Assembly (NCBI RefSeq): GCF_000020025.1 | Contig: NC_010628.1 | Coordinates: 90,001 to 122,000 of the forward strand | Length of the DNA stretch: 32,000 bases | Direction: 5' to 3' | Source of the DNA: Nostoc punctiforme PCC 73102 | Lineage (GTDB): Bacteria > Cyanobacteriota > Cyanobacteriia > Cyanobacteriales > Nostocaceae | In this document: piece after piece, positions 19,090-26,289 of the stretch | How the letters are laid out: every line of letters starts with the position of its first letter | Position numbering within the stretch: the stretch's first letter is position 1 | Translations under genes and position numbers: made by a program | The notes under the pieces: generated by a model | What the model saw: the letters and a program-made list of their open reading frames with translations, nothing else | Told to the model about the DNA's origin: nothing | The model's database searches: none

Positions 19090-20058
19090 ATGATAAATTC
19101 ACTGAAATTTATCCTGAGTACTCAATTAAAACGCTCTGGAATAAATAAGACAATTAGCGGCTTTACCCTGATTGAGCTGCTAGTAGCTATGGTTATGGCA
19201 ATACTAATCATAACGCCTTTAATGGCTTTTATGATTAACATTTTAGATGGCGATCGCAAAGAACAAGCTAAGGCAACTTCTGAGCAAGAAATCCAAGCAG
19301 CACTGGATTATATCAATCGTGACTTACAACAAGCAGTTTACATCTACGATGCTGATGGTGTTACTAGAAATGCAGATACTACTATTACTAATTCAGGAAT
19401 TAAAAACCAAATACCACCACTGAAATCTGCTACTAGCTGTAGTGATAGCACTATTTGTAAACCAATACTTGTTTTTTGGAAACGTCAGCTTATAGCTGAT
19501 AGTGTTGGTATTAATGCCAGCACTGAGACTAGTGCTGCAAATACAGATGATGGCTTTGCTTATTCATTAGTAGCGTATTACTTAATCACCAATACAGATG
19601 GTGCAAACTCTACCTGGTCTAAAGAGGCACGCATTGGTAGATTTGAACTTCGAGGACCGGTGAATGCAACTAATGCTAATACAACAGGAAGTGCAACTGA
19701 TAGTGGATTTAATCCACCATCACTAAATAAAAACGGTACTTTACTCAAAGACAAGATGGATCAATGGCAGGCTGCATCAGCAAATTATAGTAATCAAGTC
19801 GTAACTTTGGTTGATTACATTAGCACCACTGCCCCTAGTAGCACCGCACCTTGCTCTAGTCCAAACCTTGTAGGCAGTCAAACAAGTGGATTTTTTGCTT
19901 GTGTCGATGCCAACGACGTGTTAGCCCAGGTGTACATCAGAGGTAATGCACTTGCTCGTGTGCAAAATAATAACCTAGCTTATGCTAATAACACAAAAAC
20001 TTATTTTCCCAGTTCAAGCATTCGAGTCCAAGGACGCGGATTTTTATTTAGTAAATAA
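19090..20058 (+). CDS. hpsC: pseudopilin (prepilin-type N-terminal domain), HpsC-like
   Basis: The N-terminus is ...NKTISG|FTLIELLVAMVMAILIITPL with Glu at +5. At 322 aa it is the largest of the four pseudopilins. It has a Cys pair near the C-terminus (APCSSP...FFACVD) and N/T/S-rich tracts. Confidence 0.8.
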   Translation: MINSLKFILSTQLKRSGINKTISGFTLIELLVAMVMAILIITPLMAFMINILDGDRKEQAKATSEQEIQAALDYINRDLQQAVYIYDADGVTRNADTTITNSGIKNQIPPLKSATSCSDSTICKPILVFWKRQLIADSVGINASTETSAANTDDGFAYSLVAYYLITNTDGANSTWSKEARIGRFELRGPVNATNANTTGSATDSGFNPPSLNKNGTLLKDKMDQWQAASANYSNQVVTLVDYISTTAPSSTAPCSSPNLVGSQTSGFFACVDANDVLAQVYIRGNALARVQNNNLAYANNTKTYFPSSSIRVQGRGFLFSK

Positions 20059-20086
20059 CCTCTAGCTAATCAATGAAAGGTATTGT

Positions 20087-20785
20087 ATGCAAGGCGCAGC
20101 TTTATTGAGGTTAAACAAAATTCCTAAACAATTTGTAGTGGAAACACCCAAGCAGGCATCTCTGGCGAACAGACTTCGCTATGTATCTGCATACTTCCAA
20201 AAGGATGCTGGCTTTAGCCTGATAGAATTAATAGTAGTAATGCTCTTAGTTGGAATTTTATCAGCGATCGCAGCTCCTGGTTGGCTTGCCTTTGTAAATC
20301 GCCAGCAAGTGAACAAAGTTAATGACGCTGTTTTAGCTGCACTACAACAAGCACAGCGCGAAGCTAAAAACAAAAAACTTAACTACAGTGTCAGTTTTCA
20401 GAAAAATAGCACAACCCAAAATGTAGAGGTTGCCATTTATCGTAGCGATGGAAGTCCCACATGGAAACCTTTAGGGGCGGATATAGGAGTTAGCTCTAAT
20501 AAATTTCTGATAGGTACGAATCTCAGCAGTGAAAATACTGCTGGTTCTTCTGTATCTGACACTTTAAGTGCATCAACAAAAATTACCTTTGACTATATGG
20601 GGACTTTACCAAATGCAAACTTTGGAACAATTACAGCCCCTGCGACAGAAGCACCTGGGTTAAAAATTGTGGTAGCTGTACCAAACTCTGCAAATTCTAC
20701 ATCGGCTAGTAGCACCAAGCGATGCGTCATTGTGAAAACTCTCTTAGGTTCAATGCTTACAGCAAAAGATGATAAATGCAGTTAA
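20087..20785 (+). CDS. hpsD: pseudopilin (GspH/FimU-like by N-terminal pattern), HpsD-like
   Basis: The N-terminus is ...FQKDAG|FSLIELIVVMLLVGILSAIAAPGWLAFVNRQ. The C-terminal motif KRCVIVKTLLGSMLTAKDDKC is shared with the ORF at 23996. An alternative in-frame GTG start lies at 20138. Confidence 0.8.
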   Translation: MQGAALLRLNKIPKQFVVETPKQASLANRLRYVSAYFQKDAGFSLIELIVVMLLVGILSAIAAPGWLAFVNRQQVNKVNDAVLAALQQAQREAKNKKLNYSVSFQKNSTTQNVEVAIYRSDGSPTWKPLGADIGVSSNKFLIGTNLSSENTAGSSVSDTLSASTKITFDYMGTLPNANFGTITAPATEAPGLKIVVAVPNSANSTSASSTKRCVIVKTLLGSMLTAKDDKCS

Positions 20786-20835
20786 GTAGCTTATGCAGCA
20801 ATCTTAATTCAAAGATACGCAATAATACTGTACAT

Positions 20836-20882
20836 AAAACTGCACATTGATAGCAAAATTAAAATATAAGGTGCAGTTTTAA
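20836..20882 (+). terminator. stem-loop downstream of hpsD
   Basis: aaaactgcac (20836-20845) pairs with gtgcagtttt (20871-20880) around a 25-nt loop. The U-run is part of the 3' arm. A ~100-nt very AT-rich spacer follows before hpsE. Confidence 0.35.
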
Positions 20883-20984
20883 TGTTCGATAGATTTATTT
20901 AAGAGCCATTAATAAACTAGCTATTGGCTCAATGTATAAAATAAAAAGCGTTTTAATCAAGATATCAAATGTAAATTTTATCAA

Positions 20985-21950
20985 ATGACTGAAAACCTTG
21001 ATATTACTATAGCGATCCCAACTTATAACGGTGAAAGTCGTTTGCCAGAACTATTAGAACGACTACAAAACCAAATTCACACCGACAATTTATCTTGGGA
21101 AATTATAGTTGTAGACAATAACAGCACTGATAACACAGCTAAAGTTGTTGAAACCTATCAACAAAATTGGCAATGTCCTTACCCTTTGAAGTATTGCTTT
21201 GAAGCACAACAGGGGGCAGCCTATGCCCGAAAAAGGGCAGTTGCAGAAGCTAAAGGTAGATTGATAGGTTTTCTAGATGATGACAACTATCCAGTATCAA
21301 ATTGGGTGTATGCAGCTTATACTTTTGGTGAAAAATATCCCAAAGTGGGAGCTTATGGTAGCCAAATTCACCCTGACTGGGAAATAGAACCACCAGAGAA
21401 CTTTCAGCGAATTGCCCCATTCTTGGCAATTACAGAGCGAGGTAATTTACCGCTATTATATGAACCAGCTAAAAAATTACTACCTCCCTCTGCTGGACTT
21501 GTTGTGCGTAAACAAGCGTGGTTAGAAAGTGTACCGGATAAGCCTATTTTAACTGGGAGAGTTCAAGGCAATATGCTTACCAGTGAAGACTTAGAAATGC
21601 TGTCTTACATTCAAAAATCAGGCTGGGAAATTTGGTATAACCCAGAGATGGAAATATTTCACAAAATACCAACTTCTCGTTTACAAAAAGATTATTTAAT
21701 TCCGTTTTTTAGAGGTATTGGACTTAGCCGTTGTGTAACTAGAATGGTGAATATAAAAGAAATGTATAGGCCATTTTTCATTTTAGCTTATATGATAAAT
21801 GACCTACGCAAAATTGCTTTACACTTACTTAAATACAATACTCTGTTGAAAAGTGATTTAGTTGCTGCTTGTGAAATGCAACTGTTTTTAAGCAGCTTAT
21901 TTAGTCCTTTTTACCTTTTGAAGAATGGCTATTTAACTAAAAAACAATGA
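20985..21950 (+). CDS. hpsE: family 2 glycosyltransferase, HpsE-like
   Basis: The GT2 N-terminal signature is ITIAIPTYNGESRLPELL...WEIIVVDNNSTDNT...FLDDDN (DxD). It is collinear with the next ORF over its whole length. Confidence 0.8.
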   Translation: MTENLDITIAIPTYNGESRLPELLERLQNQIHTDNLSWEIIVVDNNSTDNTAKVVETYQQNWQCPYPLKYCFEAQQGAAYARKRAVAEAKGRLIGFLDDDNYPVSNWVYAAYTFGEKYPKVGAYGSQIHPDWEIEPPENFQRIAPFLAITERGNLPLLYEPAKKLLPPSAGLVVRKQAWLESVPDKPILTGRVQGNMLTSEDLEMLSYIQKSGWEIWYNPEMEIFHKIPTSRLQKDYLIPFFRGIGLSRCVTRMVNIKEMYRPFFILAYMINDLRKIALHLLKYNTLLKSDLVAACEMQLFLSSLFSPFYLLKNGYLTKKQ

Positions 21951-21962
21951 AATAATGTTTTT

Positions 21963-22952
21963 ATGGATAAACATACACTTGGCAGCTTAGATTTTACTGT
22001 ATCTATTCCTACATACAATGGAGCCAAACGTTTACCGAAAGTTTTAGATTTGCTACTCAATCAGACAGGAGTAGAAAATCTTAATTGGGAAATTATTATT
22101 ATTGATAATAATAGTAAAGATGATACAAATAAAATAAGTGAGTATTATCAAAATTTTTCTAATAAAAATTTTTCAGTGAGGTACTTTTTAGAGAAAGAAC
22201 AGGGAATAGCTTTCGCAAGAATGCGGGCTATAAATGAAGCAAGAGGCGAGTTTATTGCATTCATAGATGATGATAATCTTCCAGCAAATGATTGGGTTTT
22301 ACAATCTTATCTTTTCGGCAAAGAACATCCTCAAGCTGGTGCCTGGAGTGGTCAAATTCATGGAGATTTTGAAGTAAACCCCCCAAAAGATTTTGCAAGG
22401 ATTCAAGCCTTTCTAGCCATTAGAGAACACGGACTAAAACCATATTTATTTGATGCAGATAATTTAAGACTTCCTCCAGGGGCTGCGCTAGTCGTCCGTA
22501 AACAAGCTTGGTGTGAAAGTGTTCCTGAACAATTGGTTTTTAAAGGTAGACTAACTAAATTGATGGTTGCTGGAGATGATACAGAAGCTCTCTTATACTT
22601 GCACAAAGAAGGTTGGGAAATCTGGTACAATCCGGCGATGCATATCGATCATCAAATTCCACATTGGCGGCTAGAAAAAGATTACTTACTAGTACTAGCG
22701 CGTGGTTGTGGCCTGTGTATTTTCCAGCTCCGCTTGATCAATGCTAAAAATTGGCAAAAACCAATACTTTTCGTTAAAACTATTTTGGGAAATTTACACC
22801 GATTATTACACCATCTTATTAAGTATAGAGGTCAATTAGAAAGTAATTTAATAGCAGTTTTTGAGATTAACTTTTACTTAGCTAGTATGATGAGCCCCTT
22901 TTATTCCTTAAGATGGAAGTTAGACAAAATTTTTAAAACAAGAAGTATATAA
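21963..22952 (+). CDS. hpsF: family 2 glycosyltransferase, tandem paralogue of the previous gene (HpsF-like)
   Basis: FTVSIPTYNGAKRLPKVL...WEIIIIDNNSKDDT...FIDDDN. Shared blocks with hpsE include LVVRKQAW.ESVP, GWEIWYNP and SPFY. The gap to hpsE is 12 nt. Confidence 0.8.
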   Translation: MDKHTLGSLDFTVSIPTYNGAKRLPKVLDLLLNQTGVENLNWEIIIIDNNSKDDTNKISEYYQNFSNKNFSVRYFLEKEQGIAFARMRAINEARGEFIAFIDDDNLPANDWVLQSYLFGKEHPQAGAWSGQIHGDFEVNPPKDFARIQAFLAIREHGLKPYLFDADNLRLPPGAALVVRKQAWCESVPEQLVFKGRLTKLMVAGDDTEALLYLHKEGWEIWYNPAMHIDHQIPHWRLEKDYLLVLARGCGLCIFQLRLINAKNWQKPILFVKTILGNLHRLLHHLIKYRGQLESNLIAVFEINFYLASMMSPFYSLRWKLDKIFKTRSI

Positions 22953-22953
22953 A

Positions 22954-24030
22954 ATGATTAAGTCAACTTTAAACAAAACATTAATTAGTGTGATTATCCC
23001 AGCTTACAATAGTGAAAAAACTATTAAAAAAACTATTGAATCTGTTTTAAATCAAACTTTTCATAATTTTGAATTAATTGTAATAAATGATGGTTCTCAA
23101 GATTCAACATTAGAAGTTATTAGAAAAATTCCAGACTCGCGAATACAAGTATTTTCCTATCCTAATGCTGGCGGAAATGTTAGTCGTAATCGAGGGTTAA
23201 ACCATGCTGTTGGAAAATTTGTTAGTTTCTTAGATGCAGATGATGTTTGGACACCTGATAAACTTCAGCATCAATTAAAGGCTTTGCAAAAAAACGTTAC
23301 TGCAAAAGTTGCTTATAGTTGGACTGATTATATTGATGAAAAGGGTGAATTTATACTTTCAGGGAAGCGAGTTACCGCTAATGGAAATGTTTATGAAAGT
23401 TTGTTACTAAATAATTTTTTAGAGAATGGCTCCAATCCTTTAATTTGTAGAAAAGCTTTAATTACATTAGGTGGCTTTGATGAATCTCTAGGTGCGGCTC
23501 AGGATTGGGATATGTGGCTGCGATTAGCTTATAAGTTTAATTTTATATGCGTCCCATCTGTACAAATCTTATATCGCATAACTCCTAATTCAGTTTCTTG
23601 CAATCTTGTTAGACAGGAAAAATCCTGTTTACAAGTGCTTGAGAGGGCCTATAAGGAAAGACCTTCTCTAAGAGACGCTAATGGAACGACACTAAAGGAT
23701 AGTTGGAATCTTTGTCTGGCAAATTTATATAAATACCTGGTCTGCAAAGCTCTACAAAAGCCATTAAACAGAAAAAAAGGTATAGCAGCTGCTATATTTT
23801 TATGTAAGTATTTTATTTATGACCCTTCAAGACTTCAGAATATAAATTTCACCCTAAAACTGTCACTGAAAATTGTCATAATCCTTATTCTGCCGACCTT
23901 GCTAGACATTATTACTAACCAGCGTCAAGTTAGAAGGCAAGAAACTGAAACATTGCTCAACGACTGGGTAGTTGAAAAGCGCTCAGAAAACAAAAATGGA
24001 TATCCAGGTGCATTTACCGTCTCTAGTTAA
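22954..24030 (+). CDS. hpsG: family 2 glycosyltransferase (different subfamily), HpsG-like
   Basis: ISVIIPAYNSEKTIKKTIESVLNQTF.NFELIVINDGSQDST...FLDADD. It starts 1 nt after the hpsF stop codon and has a hydrophobic C-terminal segment. Confidence 0.8.
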   Translation: MIKSTLNKTLISVIIPAYNSEKTIKKTIESVLNQTFHNFELIVINDGSQDSTLEVIRKIPDSRIQVFSYPNAGGNVSRNRGLNHAVGKFVSFLDADDVWTPDKLQHQLKALQKNVTAKVAYSWTDYIDEKGEFILSGKRVTANGNVYESLLLNNFLENGSNPLICRKALITLGGFDESLGAAQDWDMWLRLAYKFNFICVPSVQILYRITPNSVSCNLVRQEKSCLQVLERAYKERPSLRDANGTTLKDSWNLCLANLYKYLVCKALQKPLNRKKGIAAAIFLCKYFIYDPSRLQNINFTLKLSLKIVIILILPTLLDIITNQRQVRRQETETLLNDWVVEKRSENKNGYPGAFTVSS

Positions 24031-24565
24031 TGCAAAGAAGCTTTTGAATAAGCACTCCTGTAGTGGTTTTACCCTGCTAGAGATGTTAGTAGTTGTTGTA
24101 TTAATTGGTATATTAGCTACGCTGGGAATAGCTAATTGGCTAGCTTTTGTAGAGACTCGCCGTCTCAACACTGCTCAAAACGAAGTTCAGCTTGCTATTC
24201 ATCAAGCCCGAAGGCAAGCCACTAAGGAAAAGTTGACTTGGCAAGCCAGTTTTCGCGAGCAAGACGGCATTATTCAATGGGCTGTTCATCCTGCTACAAT
24301 AAACCCATCTACGGCTAACTGGAATAACATAGATTCCAATGTACGCTTAGACTCTGAGACAACCTTGCAACTGTCAAATAATATACGCAAAGTTCAATTT
24401 GACTACAGAGGGAATGCTAAAAGCCCTAACGATCTAGGACGAATCACACTATCGAGTAAGTCTGGTGGTAAAGTCAAGCGTTGTGTTATTGTTTCAACGA
24501 TTTTAGGGGCAATGCGAACGGCAAAGGAGCATACTACAACCGATGACGACAAGTATTGCTATTAG
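23996..24565 (+). CDS. hpsH: pseudopilin, paralogue of HpsD (HpsH-like)
   Basis: ...KHSCSG|FTLLEMLVVVVLIGILATLGIANWLAFVETRR, with C-terminal KRCVIVSTILGAMRTAK...C. Three possible in-frame starts exist: TTG 23972 (ORF track), ATG 23996, and TTG 24044. TTG 24044 is the only one downstream of the hpsG stop and gives an 8-aa leader. The TAG stop at 24563-24565 sits on the IS junction. Confidence 0.75.
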   Translation: MDIQVHLPSLVNAKKLLNKHSCSGFTLLEMLVVVVLIGILATLGIANWLAFVETRRLNTAQNEVQLAIHQARRQATKEKLTWQASFREQDGIIQWAVHPATINPSTANWNNIDSNVRLDSETTLQLSNNIRKVQFDYRGNAKSPNDLGRITLSSKSGGKVKRCVIVSTILGAMRTAKEHTTTDDDKYCY

Positions 24566-25566
24566 AGTTGTCGGGAAATAAAAGATAAGTGAGGCAATGC
24601 TGGTCTTGTAATTGGGATTCTCTTAAGCAGCCATCAAGTAGAAGTTCCATAATCCTGCTGCGGTCAGCATCAAATGGTCATCAAAGTTTTCAATCCGATT
24701 ACGATAAATGACACTGGCGGCGTTGTAGCGCTTCACACCAGCAAAGGCATTTTCGCAAACTACACGGGATTGACTCAATTGACGATTCTCCGTTTTTTGA
24801 AGGTCACTTAACTTGCCCCCTTTGGGCTTTTTGTGAGGAAGATGGAGATTGTCATACTGCTTCTGTAATCCCTGAAAGCCCGAGTCTACTTCAATCGGAA
24901 TTTCATCAGGCACACTACCTGCAATGTCATCTTCGTCATGAAAACGTTTGTCATGCAGTTTGCCTTCTCGTGCTTTGCTTAAGATCAAGACCCGTTTGGT
25001 TTCATCAACTGCCGCCAAGTGTTTACGCGTATGACGTTTCTTTTTACCGGAGTAATTCTGTTGTTGTTGTTCTCTTTCTTGAGGTCGCGCAATTGGGCGT
25101 TCTGTCCCATCAATCATCACTCGTTGCACTCCTGGAAAGCGTGACAAAAATGCTTCAATGCTTTCGAGATGGCGTTCCGGCAGCGCCATCTTCTGTCCCA
25201 AAGCCGCTTCTAATATTGGCTGCAATCGATGCATCCACTCATGTGCCTGGGAGCGATGCATATCAAAGAGCAGTCCCGCCACATCGAAGGTCGGATAACA
25301 TTTGAAATAGAAAAGGATGAAAAACAATTTGTCTTGGGCTGTAAGTAAGCGGGCTTTGCGTCCTCCACCCAGGCCACGTTGACGAGGCTTGGCCTGTTGA
25401 GTATCTAGGTACATCGTGGTAAACGTGGGCAAAAGGGCATCAAATGCTTTCCGGTTCAACCCAGTTAATGCCCTCAACAGTCGGTCTTGCTTCAGCGCAC
25501 CTTCAATATTCAGCATCATTCTTCCCTACCACTGCTGTCTATTCTCTCTTATTTCCCGACAAGTCT
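24564..25566 (-). mobile_element. IS element (~1.0 kb), IS5-superfamily / Harbinger-like (DDE_Tnp_4-type transposase)
   Basis: Terminal inverted repeats are agagttgtcgggaaataaaagataa (from 24564) and its partner ending ...ttctctcttatttcccgacaagtct (to 25566), matching 24 of 29 positions when aligned from 24561/25569. The hexamer CTATTA occurs directly repeated at both junctions (24559-24564 and 25565-25570). Exact ends are therefore ambiguous within a few bp. Confidence 0.8.
24623..25519 (-). CDS. DDE transposase (Harbinger/IS5-like, DDE_Tnp_4-type)
   Basis: 298-aa ORF. The N-terminus is HTH-like. Candidate catalytic residues lie in MIDGTERPI, VDSGFQG and CENAFAGVK, a spacing typical of DDE_Tnp_4 proteins. 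Confidence 0.8.
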   Translation of the reverse strand: MMLNIEGALKQDRLLRALTGLNRKAFDALLPTFTTMYLDTQQAKPRQRGLGGGRKARLLTAQDKLFFILFYFKCYPTFDVAGLLFDMHRSQAHEWMHRLQPILEAALGQKMALPERHLESIEAFLSRFPGVQRVMIDGTERPIARPQEREQQQQNYSGKKKRHTRKHLAAVDETKRVLILSKAREGKLHDKRFHDEDDIAGSVPDEIPIEVDSGFQGLQKQYDNLHLPHKKPKGGKLSDLQKTENRQLSQSRVVCENAFAGVKRYNAASVIYRNRIENFDDHLMLTAAGLWNFYLMAA

Positions 25567-25603
25567 ATTAAAATATCTCTTAGTTTCTTAAAAAAGGTAT
25601 TGT

Positions 25604-26251
25604 GTGCTGAATTTACCAGCAAACCCAAAACAGCACTTAATTATTTTTACTCGCTATCCAGAACCAGGTAAGACAAAAACCCGATTGATACCTGCTTTAG
25701 GAAATCTTGGTGCTGCCAATCTTCAACGGGAAATGACTGAATATACAATATTTCAGGTTCAAGAATTACAAAAAGCCATTGCCATATCTGTGGAAGTGCG
25801 ATTTGCAGGTGGCGATTTGCAACTCATGCAAGACTGGCTGGGGTTAGATTTGGTTTACCAATCTCAAGGTGAAGGGGATCTAGGTTCGCGGATGGCACAA
25901 TCGCTTTTCGATGCTTTTCAATCTGGTGCAGAAAAAGTAATTATCATCGGTACAGATTGTCCTGGAGTAAATAGCCAGATTTTAGCAACAGCTTTTGAAA
26001 AGTTACACACCTTTGACCTCGTACTTGGACCTGCGATCGACGGTGGATATTACTTAATTGGTTTGCGCCAAGCTATCCCGGAGTTATTCGTTAACATTGA
26101 GTGGGGAACTGCTCAAGTATTCCAGAAAACCGTAGACATTGCCCAGAAACTTTATTTATCACACGTGAATTTGTCGCCTTTAGCTGATGTTGACCGACCC
26201 GAGGATCTGCCAATTTGGGAGCAAGCCCTTGTGGGTGAGGTGAAAGGATGA
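25604..26251 (+). CDS. hpsI: DUF2064 / TIGR04282-like nucleotidyl- or glycosyl-transferase-fold protein (HpsI position)
   Basis: 215-aa ORF with GTG start. The pattern HLIIFTRYPEPGKTKTRL...GTDCP...DGGYYLIG is what I associate with DUF2064. The symbol is only by remembered position in the N. punctiforme hps locus. The gene lies ~37 nt after one IS and 38 nt before the next. Confidence 0.6.
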   Translation: MLNLPANPKQHLIIFTRYPEPGKTKTRLIPALGNLGAANLQREMTEYTIFQVQELQKAIAISVEVRFAGGDLQLMQDWLGLDLVYQSQGEGDLGSRMAQSLFDAFQSGAEKVIIIGTDCPGVNSQILATAFEKLHTFDLVLGPAIDGGYYLIGLRQAIPELFVNIEWGTAQVFQKTVDIAQKLYLSHVNLSPLADVDRPEDLPIWEQALVGEVKG

Positions 26252-26289
26252 GGGAGATATAGTGATTTTTATATGGATGCACAACCCAC

